From contig NC_042999.1 of the NCBI RefSeq assembly GCF_006345805.1, positions 141,298,001 to 141,362,000 on the forward strand: a stretch of 64,000 bases of DNA, in the 5' to 3' direction. Positions 27,148-40,651 of this stretch are shown one piece after another (position 1 is the first letter of the stretch; every line of letters begins with the position of its first letter). Origin of the DNA: Octopus sinensis (taxonomy: Eukaryota). The position numbers and the translations under genes are program-made. The notes beneath the pieces are model-generated. The model searched no databases and was not told the origin of the DNA. It saw only the letters and a program-made list of their open reading frames with translations.

Positions 27148-28866
27148 TAGTGTATTTATAAATAGGAGTAGGTGTGACTGTGTGGTTAAGAAGCTAGCTT
27201 CCAAACCATATGATCCTGGGTTCAGGCCTGCTGCACAGCACCTTGGGTAATTGTATTCTAGTCTTGAGCTGATTAAAGCCTTGTGATTGGATTTCTAAGA
27301 CAAAAACTGAAAGAAACCCATTGTGTGAATATGTATGTGTGTCCTTGTTTTCAGACCACATGCATGTTGTTCATTTTTAGTCTTCATGAAAAACATGTTT
27401 GGCCAGGGAAAATATTACCTTACTTGGAAACACATGAAGGCTGGCAACAGAAAGGGTGTCTGGCTAAAGAATATCAGCCTTAACAAAAAAATCCCATCCT
27501 AACCATGTAAGCATGGAAAATTGAACATTAAAACAATGATGATGATGATATATATAATTCCTTCCCACTAATCACCCCTTTCTATGCCTCCAGTTATCAC
27601 TCGTTATCCTCTGAGTTACATTTTATGACTGCTATACCTTATCTTTAACACCTTTTATCTCTTATCCCCATCATATCTGCCATCAATGACCCCCACCTCC
27701 TTGTCCATCACTCAGTATAGCTACTCCTAAGTACTGCCGACATCCATCTCTGTCACAGTACACCTTCCCCACCCCCACCACCTACTCTCCCATACCAAAC
27801 ATCATATTTCTATTTTCTGAGCTATCTACAGGTTATTACACAGCAGTTCTCCACTCTTACTGAACAACATTTAACACCTTTCTAAACCACTCCTATTCTT
27901 TCACGTTCCCCTCCCATCATAATGATATTCACCCACAACCACACCTCCCTCCTTGTTCATTATACTACATTCACCTCTTCACTCATCTAAAACCATTATC
28001 ATCAGCATCATCATTGTCTTCTTTCAAGCTACTCCCACCCAACCTTACATAATGCATGGTAGTCATTTATCTCCTCTATCATACTCTAGCCTACTACAAT
28101 CCCACCCACTCAAAGGGTCATTTCTTTCTTTTTTTGTGTGTGTGTTTTGAGAGTTAATTAGTGACATCAAAAGTGCTGGCTTCATGAAAAGCATCCACTA
28201 CAGTCTGTAAAATGGTTAGTATTACAAAAGACATCCAGCTATAGAAACCATGCCTAATCAGCTATTGGAGCACAATGCAGTCCTTCAGCTTGTTGGATCT
28301 TGCCAAAACATCCAATTCATGCTAGCATAGATGGATGTGAAATGATGATGATGTGTGAGTGTGTGTGTGTATTACCATAATCTTCACTTGTATTTGCTGG
28401 TTGTAAGCAGTAGCTCACAGCACAGTATCATTTATCATTTTGCTGCAAAAGCAAATCTGGGCTTCTTGATATGACTTGACATGCTGCATAATCTTTGTAA
28501 ATAAAATCTCATTCAATGTTGTTTGTTTCCAGTTTTCCTTATAAAAATGTCCAGACTGTTTGCTGTTTGGTAGATTATTACCTCGTTTGGAAACAGATGG
28601 ACATTAACAACAGAACACCTAGCTGTAGAAAGCTCTGCTTCAACATACTTTCATCCGACACATAAACATGGAAAAGTAGACATTAAAATGATGATGATGA
28701 TATAGCATTCATTTTCATAATGATGTTCAAATTCCCCTTGTTACAATACTTATATATTGTTTCATGTTTTACACCTTACAACTTCTCACATTGTCAATGA
28801 TTATCACGACAATGTAGGACAGTTAATTAGTACACAAATATTCCAGAGATGTTAGATGTTACTAAC

Positions 28867-28976
28867 CTTGCTAGCACTGGCCACAACTGGAGGTGGAAGT
28901 GTGTTGGAGAATAAGTATGGGCGAGACCTCTGTCGTAACAAATCAATCAAAGCCTTGGGTCCAGTAGTATATCCAC
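28867..28976 (-). CDS. GCAT: GCAT exon
   Basis: ttcag|(G)[36 protein letters not shown]|gttagt; 110 nt. Confidence 0.95.
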
Positions 28977-29780
28977 CTGAAATTCAGGAATTAGAAATAG
29001 AAAACAAAGAAATATATATATCATTATCACTTAACATCCATTGTCTACACTGGCATGGATTGGACGGTTTGACTAGGCTGGCATGCTGGAAGGCTGCACC
29101 AGACTCCAGTCTGATTTAGTATGGTTTTCTATGGCTGGATACCTTTCCTAACGCCAACCACGCTGAAAGTGTAATGGGTGCTTTTACATGTCACCGGCAT
29201 GGAGGCCAATTTGCGTGACACCGGGGTGCTTTTACATACCACTGGCACAGGTGCTAATTTACTTGACACCAATATCTGTAACGGCTGTGATTTTGCTCGG
29301 CTTGATGGGTATTTTTGACAAGCACAACATAATGCCAAAGGTCTCAGTCATTGCCTCCATGAGGTCCAACATTCCTCCAGGGGAATGATAGGTATATATG
29401 TTTGCTATATGCAATATAGGAAACAAATATCAAACTCCTGATAACTTATAAAAGTTGTTAAAAACTAGATGAGAGTAATGATTATGAAGGGGATGAGCAA
29501 AGTAATGAAAGAAGAGCTGTTGCTCATGATATTAATGATGTTGATGGTATTTTTGCTGTTGCTGCTAATAATGATGATGGTATTATTAGGTGCTGCTGCT
29601 GATGAAGGTAATGGTGATAAAAAAAGATAACAGTTTTTTATAGTGAAACAAATGATAGCAATGATGACGATAATATAGCAATCATATAGCAATAACAATA
29701 ACCATAACATTATAATATTGAAGCAGACAAAAATATGATTAAAAAAGATCTCATTGGTGTGATAATGACATCAGGCTTAC

Positions 29781-29863
29781 CTGCAGCACCACCCAATGCT
29801 TTTCCAAGGGTAGAATTGATGATATCAACACGGCCTTCAATGCCATAATATTCTTCAGTTCCT
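29781..29863 (-). CDS. GCAT: GCAT exon (PLP lysine)
   Basis: ctag|GTEEYYGIEGRVDIINSTLGKALGGAA|gtaagc; 83 nt; STLGKALG Schiff-base lysine motif. Confidence 0.95.
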
Positions 29864-30267
29864 CTAGAAAAAGGAAAGATATAAAAATATAACTGTAAAT
29901 TTTCAGTCACATTTAGACAAGTAGTAACTAACTGAAAAACTTATTAAATAAAGGACTACCAAAAGATAAATAGTATAAGGAAAATTAATTATAACATAGA
30001 ATAGAAATTTAACTCCTGAAAATTCTCTACTTAAAAAATAGGAGTGTATAAAATTACAGGTTAAAGAATAGATACAGGCATGACTGTGTGATTAAGAAGC
30101 TTGTTTTGCAACCATACAGTTTAAGAGTTCAATCCCATTGTAGGCAAGGGTCTTCTATTATAGCCACGAGCTGACCAATGCTTTGAGTGAATTTGGTTGA
30201 CAAAATCGTGTCAAAGGTCATTGTGTGTGTGTGTATGTATGCATGCATGCACGCATACATACATATA

Positions 30268-31116
30268 CAGGGCACGATGAATAAGATGTCATCTAAATTA
30301 CGTAAAAATGAAAATAACACTGACCTCTCATTTTAACAGATATATTTACTAAAATTACATAAAAATATCTTGAAATACTAAAGAGTAAATTTATTCCCTA
30401 AAATCACCATTGGCTTCAACTACAGCCTCCAGATGACTTCAGAATCTCCTGCAACTCTTCTGCTTGGTCTCCGTGTTTAAGTTGGTGAATGTTGCCATAA
30501 TCCTTGCCTTCAATTCATCTTTAGTCTTACAAGGAGTTTTGTTAGTTTCTTGCTCAACTGCACCCCACACATAATAATCAAAGGGGTTGCAGTCTGGGGT
30601 GATGTGATCGCAGAAATTGTCTGACAGCCATGACTGGGTTCTCATGCTTGTGTGGCATGGTGTAGAGTCCTGTTATCAAACATAGGGTCTTCCAGCAGCC
30701 ACCTTCTTGACCCAGGGCAGCACTATTTCCTCCAGGCACTTGATATAGGCCTCCATGTTGAGTCTGAGGCCACCTGGGAAGATGACTGGAAGCATAACGT
30801 TGCTATCACTAGTGATCACTCCAAATACCATGATGTTGACTGGATGTTTGATTTTTATCACTCTTGGTACATGTCCTCAGATTGACACCCAGACCCTTTG
30901 AAATTCTCATATTGGTGCTTCTAGCACGAATGCCAAGCAATACAGCATGTCATTTTCAAATTTCTAGCAGAGTGAATTGCATCATGGTGCTGTTTTTTTC
31001 ATAGATGGTGTCCAACTGACCCTACTATACTGTGTAGTCGACAAAATCAAAAACAAGCAATGTGCATGCACGAAATTAAAAATATAAAATGGTGACAATT
31101 TACACATTGCACCCTG
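30268..31116 (-). mobile_element. Internally deleted maT/Bmmar1-like (DD37D-type) transposon
   Basis: TA|CAGGG termini; KIKHPVNIMVFGVITSD..GRPYVWQQD..CHTS..DCNPFDYYVWGAVE. Confidence 0.8.
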
Positions 31117-31388
31117 TAAATATATGTGTATGTGAGTTTGTCTGTCCTCCCACCACTTGACAACGGGTGTTTACATCCTCGTAACTTAGTAGATCGGCAA
31201 AAGAGACTGATAGTAAAGGTGTCAGACTTTCAAAAATAAGTACTGGGGCCACTTCATTTGAATAAACCCTTCAAAGTGGTGCCTCAACGTGGCCACAATC
31301 CAATGACTGAAACAAGGTAAATAGAATTATATAACAGCATTTGTTCATATTGAAAAGCAAACAAGGAAAGAAAGGAAATTTGAATTAC

Positions 31389-31475
31389 CTGCCAGTCTTA
31401 CCAAAGAATCCAGTAGCATGACATTCATCAATAAACACAATAGCATTGTATTTGTCAGCTAAGTCACAGATTTCT
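31389..31475 (-). CDS. GCAT: GCAT exon
   Basis: ttcag|[28 protein letters not shown](R)|gtaatt; 87 nt; DECHATG PLP-contact motif. Confidence 0.95.
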
Positions 31476-31639
31476 CTGAAAAGAAGAAAAATTAAGAAGT
31501 TTAGTTTCAAATGTTCAGAAGTTACCAAGGTGGGAAAAATACCTTGAAAGTTACAAAGGATTAGGAATGATGATAGCAACTTATTTTATACTGTTTTAAG
31601 TTGAATGAAAAATGAAAAGATAATTGTTTATATAATATA

Positions 31640-31856
31640 TGATGAGGTGCTGAAAAGTTACTGGCTTTGGTTAAAAGAAAACACAGGAGGATAAGTTAAT
31701 TATGATTTTATTCAACATATCCCCCTCTTAGGTTCCCACACTTATTGCAGCAGGCTTTCAGTTATTCTAAGCCCTGTAAAAGAACTAGGAAGGTTGGGCC
31801 TCCAGCCAGGCCTTTCACAATACTCTTAAAGCCAGGAACTTTTCAGCACCTCCTCG
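31640..31856. mobile_element. mariner-derived MITE
   Basis: TIR GAGGTGCTGAAAAGTT(A/C)CTGGCTTT, TA-flanked. Confidence 0.75.
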
Positions 31857-32131
31857 TACTTAATGGTTGAGAGTGGCATTTGGCTGGATTACTATAAAAA
31901 GAGAACATGACTGGTAAAAACTAGTAAATCTGCAAAAAACCAATTTACTCATGGAAAATCCAAAATGGCTATAAAAGAGAGTGTAACTTAATATATAAAA
32001 ACAGTGAAGCCAGGTCAACATGAAAAGAAAATATAACTATTTTGAATTATTTGCTGAGGGTAACAAACAAGGTCATTACAATTATCATAATTTTAACATC
32101 CGTTTATCCATATTGGCATGGGTAGGACATA

Positions 32132-33407
32132 CGAGGGGCGTTCAATAAGTAATGTCTCTGACCCACTTGCAGTTGTTTGATCTAGCTGAAATTTTGCATG
32201 TGCAATTATTCATATCTCCATAGATGAAGTGGTAAATTACAGCTCTGAACTAATTGTGGTTTCTGATTTACAGGTGTTTGAACTGAGTCAAGTGTGAAAT
32301 GGAGCCTGTTGAGTGTCGGGCAGTGATCCGCTTTTTATATTTGAAAGGACGCACACCACGGGAGACTTTTGATGAAATGAAAGTAACTTATGGTGATGAT
32401 GCCCCATCATATGACCTTGTAAAACGCTGGCATTGTGAATTCAAACATGGTCGGAACTCTGTGGAAACAGCTCCCAGATGTGGTCGCCCCCTACTGCTAT
32501 TGATGAGGCATCTGTCCATCAAGTTCAGGCTGCCATTTTGGAAGATCGATGCATAACTATTCGCCAAATAGCCCATGAGGTCAAGATTAGTACTGGGTCT
32601 GTGGAAACCAATCATTCATGACCATTTGCGTATGCAAAAGGTGTCTGCCATATGGATTCCCAGGTTGCTCACACCTTTCCGGAAGCAAGAACGCGTCGAG
32701 TGCTCGAGGACGAATTTGGAGATGTGCCAAGATGAGTCAAAATTTTTCAAAAGACTGATTACACAGGATGAAACCTGGGTCCATCACTATGATCCAGAGA
32801 CAAAAGCCCAGTCAATGCAGTGGAAGCACCGTGACTCACCTCCTCCAAAGAAGACAAGGGTGCAGCCCTCAGCTAGCAAGGTCATGCTCACAGTCTTCTG
32901 GGACCAGGATGGAGTAGTGATGACAGATTTCCTGGCAAAGGGTACCACAATTACAGGAGCCTATTATGCTTCACTTTTGATGAAATTAAGAGAAGCTATC
33001 AAAATCAAGAGGCGGGGCAAGATCAGCAAAGGCATCCTCCTCCTGCAGGACAACGCTCCGGTCCACAACTCGATGGTCGCCAGATCAGAAGCATAGGCGT
33101 GCGGCTATGAACTCCTCCCCCATGCCCCTACTCTCTTGACCTTGCACCCTCGGATTTTCACCTCTTCCCAGCCATGAAGTTGTTTTTGAAAGGAAAGCGT
33201 TTCCCAGATGATGCAGCCTTGATTTCTGAAGTCACGTCGTGGTTGGAGGACCAAGCTGGGGTCTTCTACAAAAACGGTCTCCAGAGCTGCATCAAACAAT
33301 GGGAGAAATGCGTAACTCTGGGTGGTTTCTAGGTAGAAAAAGACTAATAACTGTGCTCTACTGCTATGGGAAGTGGGTCAGGGGCATTACTTATTGAACG
33401 CCCCTCG
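32132..33407 (+). mobile_element. Full-length (1276 bp) mariner with disabled DD34D transposase
   Basis: ~38-bp TIRs CGAGGGGCGTTCAATAAGTAATG, TA TSD; ATG32299, WIPRLLT, ITQDETW, LQDNAP, YSLDLAPSDF; frameshifts and a stop. Confidence 0.93.
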
Positions 33408-34169
33408 TATCTACTATATTGTCATGCATCTAGATCTTTTGCCAGCTTAGATGTGAGGCCTAGCATCTTAAGATTTGAGCTCATCAGTTCTTTCCATGTC
33501 TCTGTCACTGGTTCTGTCAATCGTCAGTATGTAGTACTTTATCATCTTACACTCATTGCCAATATCAGTGCAATCATGTTTTCTACATTCCTCGGCTGAT
33601 GCCCTTAATGCCCAGCTATTTACTTCACTCCTTTACACTCCACTTATTAAATTTAACATCAAACACCCAACAGATAATACCAGGTTAATTTCTTTCTAAC
33701 CTGTATTCAATATACTTATTCCACTACTATCCAATTCTAATATGTTTCTTAACCATTTATATATAGAAAAAGGAAATCTTTGTTGATAACAAAGTTAATA
33801 ACTGACTAAATTTCTACCATTCCTACTTATTCTGGTTACTATATATTCAGTGTACTCCAAATGCTAATTACATCATGTAGATAATAAACTACCTGAACAG
33901 TTCATCGACTTCATTTCATAGATGCCCCTACGGACAACTATATATATCTAGCACATTTGAAATCCTTGTTCTCTGTCAATCTGCCAGAGATTTCCACTCC
34001 ATCTTTTATATAACCATTTTCCTACTGAATACACAATGCTGAGATCATACTGGCACTTGAACAAAATACCAATACCAAAATGTCAAATAATATAAATTTT
34101 TCTTTCTATTTATACAAGATCATCATCATCGCCATCATCATTTAATAGCCACTTTTCAACATATGCATG

Positions 34170-34202
<33 letters not shown>

Positions 34203-35487
34203 GGAGATGTGAGAATTGTTCTGAGTGCTAAGCTTCAATTGCAACTTTTGCTGATGTTATCCAAACATTCCTTCCTCATAGCCATTGTCATCCTTTCTAC
34301 TATAGGCACAAGGCCTGAAATTTGTGCAGAGGGGATAAGTTGATTTCATCCGAAAGGATGAAAGGCAAAGTTGACTTCGGCAGAATTCGAACTCAGAACA
34401 TAGTGGCAAACGAAATACCACCACTCATTTCACCCAACATGCTAATGATTCTGCCAGCTCATTGCCTTTGACATCCACCACATCTGAACCATATTTGTGC
34501 TTTAAAAGCAATCGAATATATAAAGCAACATGTCTTGCAATCAAATTAAGTGACATTTGCAATTATATGAGTGAATTATCTTCAAGTATATGTGATACAA
34601 TGCTGCATAAAGATTAATTAGTGCACAGTTTATGCTGAATAATATGACAAAGTAATGCTCTAAAGACAAGAAGTGATATATATTTGTAATGGAGAAAATG
34701 AGGGTGTTTGTGTTTATTCAATAGTGAAAAACTTAATGTTAGCAATGAAAATGAGGGCTAATGATGGAATGTTTCTGTGCTTTGGGTTACTAATTTTCAG
34801 TGTATGATTCCAAATTTAACATAAATAGATTACTATTTCACTCCAGAAAATGCTTTGTTGATAGCAAAGTTAATAACTGACTAAATTTCTACCATTCCTA
34901 CATATTCTGGTTACTATATATTGGAAGGTTTAGCATTAGTTCCACTGTAAGATATGTGCAATGAATAGAATGAATCCCTGGATTTTGTAGATGAAGAATT
35001 GGATACAGTGCAATGCAAGATTTTTTTTTTTTTTGAATACTGAAAGAACATGACTTTGCAATATTAAAGTGCAGTGGTTTAAGGTGCATACTCTTTAAAA
35101 TCAGACTATAAAATGAATCAACCAAATCTCTGGAAGGATGGCACAAAGCTTTCTGTAGGAGAGTTTTGACACCCCATGTGACCATGCTTAAACTAATCAA
35201 TAAAATTCAGCTACCACAAGCAAACACTGAATTAATTCTAAAACAAATATCTCTTGGGATTAATGCAACATGATTAATATATGAATGTTAATGATTGTAT
35301 TAAAAAGGTACTTGCAATTTAAAATTTGACCAGCCTTTTGTTTTTCTTAAAGACAATGGCTAAAAATTTAGTTTTGTTTTAATAAATTGTTTTAATTTCC
35401 AAATGATTTATTTTTGATAACCATTATGAAATTTATAAGAAAAAAATTGATTAGATTTAAAAGTAAAAAAAGTATTTGAATGAAATA

Positions 35488-36933
35488 TCTCTCTATATAA
35501 AATTCTTTGTCTCTCTGTCTCCTATGCATTCTCAAACAGCTCGACCAAAAAAACAAAATTTTACAAGGTAAATAGTATTAGACCCCCATGAGTGTCAACA
35601 TGTAATTTTTGTTTTTATTTGGATTAAAACAATATTACATTTTATCTAAAATAATCTTTCTATAGTCAACTATAGTAAAGATATTTTATACTACCACCAC
35701 CACAATGACATTACATTTTGTATATGAGTGTGTATGTGTCTGTGAGTGTGTTTGTGTATTCGTTATGTGTTACGCCTCAGAGAATTAAACACACACACAC
35801 ATCTACACATACATGTGTATATGAGTATGTGTCTGTTTATGCATTTGTTACGTATGTTAGGCCTCAGAGAATTAAACACACACACACATCTACACATACA
35901 TATACACGAGATGACTGACAAGTATATGTGTGTGAGTGTATGTGTGATAATTTTTATTTTCATTTGGATTAAAACAATATAACACTTTATCTACACACAT
36001 CTACACATACACATACATATGTAATGACTGACAAGTATATAATGAATATTGTTTACCCTGAGGTGTGCGTCAATGTATGTCTGTCTTAGTATATGTATGT
36101 GAGTGTATGTGCATGTGTGTGAGTGTGTGAGTGATTGTCAATTACACTGATGTAAACTGGCTATGTGAAAGAGCTATACTGGCTCCAGCTAATGAAATGG
36201 TTGATAAACTCAATCATGAACTTCTTTAAAAGTTAACAGATACATCAGAAATGACTTCAATCAATTCAAACAGTCGATCAAGATCAGGTTGTTAAATACC
36301 GTTGAATTTCTGAACACACTTAAACCCATGGGATGCCAGTACATAACTTGACAATAAAGTTGGGTGCTCTCATTATGTTGCTAAGGAATTTTGACCCACC
36401 TCGCCTGTGTAATGGAACTTAATTGTTACTTCCATGAAGCCCCATGTCATAGAGGCAACAATCATAACAGGTAATCACAAAAGAGAAAATGCTCTTATTC
36501 CAAAAATTCCTCTCATACCCACAGATGTTCCATTTCAATTTAAGAGGTTTCAGTTTCCAGTCAAACTAAGTTTTGGTATTTCAATTAACAAATCTCAGGG
36601 TCAATCCCTCAAAGTAGTTGGGCTTCATTTCTTTACTACATGCTTCTCCTATGGCCAACTCTATGTTGGTTGCTCACAAGTTGGAAGCAGCAACAATTTA
36701 TTCATTTGGACACCAACAAAAAATTACACAATGAATATTGTTTACCCTGAGGTGCTTCAAGATTGACAGCTTTTCAGTTCTAAATTCTATTATCATTACA
36801 ATTTGGATATTTTTTAATAAAATATAAATATTTTGAAATGATTATGAGAAAAAAAAATATATCTTCATATTTATTGTTTACTAATCTGAAGAAGAACAGC
36901 AGCAACCCAGACAACACTGGGTCATTCAGCTTG
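35488..36933 (+). mobile_element. Non-autonomous Helitron carrying a PIF1-helicase C-terminal fragment
   Basis: A|TC 5' end; WLCERAILAP, IMLLRNFDPPRLCNGT, FPVKLSFGISINKSQGQSLKVVG, GQLYVGCS; 3' hairpin ACCCAG/CTGGGT (36905-36922) plus CTTG. Confidence 0.85.
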
Positions 36934-36953
36934 TCTTCCACAAAATTACTCAC

Positions 36954-37050
36954 ATTAGTGGAGCCACATTGCCATCCATACTGAAAGCACCATCTGTAAC
37001 AATGAGGCGTTGTCGAGCACCAGATGTTTCTTGAAGTTTTTTCTCCAAAT
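36954..37050 (-). CDS. GCAT: GCAT exon
   Basis: ttag|(D)[31 protein letters not shown]|gtgagt; 97 nt; TDGxFSMDG motif of class II PLP aminotransferases. Confidence 0.95.
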
Positions 37051-37080
37051 CTAACAAAGAGAAAGATTCCATATGCTGCT

Positions 37081-37150
37081 CTTTTAGTGAATAATTTATG
37101 TGAATAATTATGTGAATAATTTATGTGAATAATTTATGTGAATAATTTAA
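37081..37150. repeat. 13-bp minisatellite (GAATAATTTATGT) about 5 copies
   Basis: Tandem units read directly. Confidence 0.8.
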
Positions 37151-37269
37151 CAATAACAATAACAGCCAAAGCAACAATAAGCTTAAGTTTTAGTCACTTT
37201 AAATGGAAGAGGAATAAATCTTCATGATGACATTAAAATGTTAATGTCATCATGACACACACACATACA

Positions 37270-37568
37270 TGGAGGGGTACTCAAAAGTAACCAGAAATGT
37301 TCTCAGTGGGACAAGCCCGTTGTTGTTCAGGTTTCCACCACTAGAAGCCACTTCATGTAACCCTCAGGCATCAGTCTGCCAACCAGTGGCATCAAGTGAA
37401 GTTATACTGCAATGTGTATTTTGCAGTGCTTCTCATCTGTTTGTTGATTTTTGTGATGGTTGAAATGAAGGAACATGCTTCCATGAAATTCTGGACAACA
37501 TTAAAAGTGTAAAACTAAGTGAATAAAATAATATTGCAAAATTCTGGTTTCTTTTGGGTACCCCCTCA
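37270..37568. mobile_element. mariner-derived MITE
   Basis: TIR GAGGGGTAC(T/C)CAAAAG(T)AACCAGAA at both ends. Confidence 0.65.
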
Positions 37569-39147
37569 TATATATATAATACATCAAAGAAATAACTAAC
37601 ATCTGGAGAAAAGCTTCTCTTATCAAAACTCTATGACAACCACTGCTTTACAGTTGTGTCATCATCATCAAACATTTGTTTTCTATGCTGGCATAGGATG
37701 GACAGTTTGACAAGAGCCAGCAAGCCAGAGGACTATGTCAAGCTCTAGTTTACTTTGGCAAGGCTTCTATGGCTGGATGCACTTCCTAATGCCAACCACT
37801 TTACAGAGTATACTGGGTACTTTTTTCTTTCCATAGGACCAGCATATAGCAGGGTCACCAAGTAACTTACATGGCAAAGTTCCCTCCACCTCGACTGGGA
37901 GGTGAGTTTAGTATTAAATGAAGTAACTTTGTACCACTTGATTTCGGTTAGAAAGACTAACAGAGGATAGAGATGTCTTACTGTAGAAGAGATACAAGGA
38001 TACTCTATGTCATGTCGAATAGTAATGATGGTGATGGATGTGGTGGTGGTAGTGGTGGCAGCAGTGTCCTACCTAATGAAGGTGATAGCAGTGTCACAAT
38101 TTTCATCTAGTCTATCTGCCAGGAATAACAGAATGTAAGTAATTTCAAATACCCAACTCAAAAATGAACCTGTATGTAGATACATTTCATTAAAAATGCA
38201 TGCCTTAGGGGTTTTTAAAACAAAGTTTTACTCATTAATATATATATATAATTAGCAGACTTTTAGTTATAAAATACTATGGCTATGAAAAATACGGTGT
38301 CATATGAATTATGTACCTTATGAAAAATTACATTCTATGTCTTGATATAATTGTATGTATCTTTGCAATTAATGTTTTATGGAAATATGTGAGTGGATCT
38401 ACTTAGTTAATACCACGGCCTTGGTGTCGTTTTGGGGGGGCTTGATGTCTGCATGCATGTATGTGCAATCGGTTGGGTTTCTCTGTTTTTCCATGTGTAT
38501 AGTTACGATTATACCTCTTATATTATTTATTTATTTATTTATGATTTGGCTGTGTATGTGGCTATGTATGTGTGTATGTGTGTGTGTATATATATAATTA
38601 TGTATGTATGTGTGCTGGATCTGTGGATGTGCGTGTGCGTATGTGCGTTTCTTGACTAACTAACCGTAAAATTTCCATTGTGATTCAAATTTAAAACTAT
38701 AAGCCAATCAAATCTATCTAGGAAAATCAATATCAAGCGGACAGTTGAATTAGACTTATTGATATGTAGATGTCCGCTTGCTTTACATGGTACAATCATG
38801 GTTGTTATTATTATTATTATTATTATTAATATTAATATTAATTTTTATTGACTTTTTGTATGGTTATACATTTTAATGAACTGGATTGTTTTATATATAT
38901 ATATATATGTCTGCTTTAAATTTAAATGTGAGTGTACATGTATTTCTTTGATGTTAGTTATGGAACTAGGAGTCCAATATGGAAAATAACTGTGTTTGTT
39001 AATGTATACTGATATATTTTGTTTATATTGTATTATTGTATTAATGTGTATATATATATATGTGTAGAATTATGAGTGTCTATGCACACATTTTTATATT
39101 TTATATTTTTATATTTATATGTAAATTTTTTTCACACTTATATTAAA

Positions 39148-39260
39148 TTCTCTGAAGAGGCCGTGAGACTTCCTCGTTAATGTCTCATTTATACCTGCTT
39201 TATACGGCTAATAGGTTAAATGAGACATACTTGTCTTCACGGCCGAAACAACTGTCAGAT
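39148..39260 (+). ncRNA. Hammerhead ribozyme-like motif (Penelope minimal type)
   Basis: CTGAAGA 39152-58; stem II GGCCGTGA/TCACGGCC; GAAA 39245-48; AC-AACT-GT; GTC triplet 39254-56; stem I TCT/AGA. Confidence 0.6.
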
Positions 39261-39452
39261 ATGATGTAATTGTATTTTATATTTCTATTTCTATGTCTAG
39301 TTATATTTGCAATATTTTATGTATAATGTTATTGCTGTTATGTAATGGTGTAATAAAGTATTGATTGGGTATTATCTGATGGTTGATTGATTTAAGTATG
39401 TTTCTCCATTTTCTCATTTTGTATATATATATAAGAAATAGATGTTTTTCAC

Positions 39453-39672
39453 CTTCCATATTCTTGTGAAGATAACGGTGGCGCTGAGCTTTACACAGTC
39501 GAATTCCATCAATAATGGATGCATGGTTGAGTTCATCAGAAATAACAGCATCTTCAGGACTAAGTAGAACTTCAAAAATACCAGCATTTGCATCAAAACA
39601 GCTAGCATAGAGAATAGCATCCTCTCTTCCATGAAATGAAGCCAATTTCTCTTCAAGTTCTCGATGAATATT
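39453..39672 (-). CDS. GCAT: GCAT exon
   Basis: cag|[74 protein letters not shown]|gtgaaa; 220 nt. Confidence 0.96.
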
Positions 39673-40561
39673 CTGCATAAACAGAAATTTACTAATATTA
39701 TTGTTATTAAGTCAATGAGCTGACAGAATTGTTTGCATGCTGGACAAAATGCTTAGTGGTAATTCATCCATCTTTATGTTCTGAGTTCAAATTCCACTGA
39801 AGTTAACTGTGCCTTTAGTCCTTTTGGAGGTCAATGAAATAAGTACCAGTCAAGTACTGGGGTAGATGTAACCAACTAGCTCCTTCCCAAAAATTTCAGG
39901 CCTTGTGCCTATAGTAGTAAGGATTATTATTATTATTATTATTATTATAGGTGACAAGCTGGTAGAATTGTTAGAGCATAAGAAAAAACGCCTTGTGCTA
40001 TTTTCCCAGCTGTTTACATTCTGAATTCAAATTTTATCAAGGTCAGCTTTGCCTTTTATCCTTACAGGGTTGATAACAGGAAGTACCAGTCAAGTATTAA
40101 ACCCACCACCACCTACCCACATCCCCACAAAACTGCTGGTCTTGTATCTAAATTAGAAACCACTATTGTTGTTGTTATCACTATTATTTCCATTATTTAA
40201 AAACTGCTACAACAACATCAGTAACATGAACAGAAACAACAACAAAACACAGGCAAAATCCCCAAATACAGATCTCTGAAAGGGAACAAGGAGCTGAAAC
40301 TTGCACAAACAAAGACTAAAACATATGCAACATGTAAAGCTTTGATGTATTCAATCTTAAATACACCAAAAGAGCGTATTTAGGTGAGGACCACATCAGA
40401 AGTCCAGTGCATTTTGATAGACTGCTTCTTACATGACACAGAAGATTAAAAAAATCCCAACATGGTTTTATAGGGGCCATTTAATGATCCCCCAAAAGAT
40501 TAACTCTAAAGTAAGTGATCCTGCCCCCAATATCTTAAATGCTAAGAATGGTTGAACATAC

Positions 40562-40651
40562 CTGTGTTCCACATATGAAGCGTACTGAGCTTAGCCCAGC
40601 ACCATGAGTGTCTAAAGCTTTTTTGCTAGCTTCTATGACTTCTGGATGTGC
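40562..40651 (-). CDS. GCAT: GCAT exon
   Basis: tttag|AHPEVIEASKKALDTHGAGLSSVRFICGTQ|gtatgt; 90 nt, not in the ORF track. Confidence 0.95.

Noticed and set aside
28856-29119. Plus-strand 87-aa ORF with signal-like start
   Set aside because: Exactly antisense to GCAT exon 28867-28976 and runs into a SINE
29465-29710. Hydrophobic ORF resembling a membrane protein
   Set aside because: Translation of degenerate (GAT/AAT)n microsatellite; the same applies to the many YIYI/HTHT/IIII ORFs in the track
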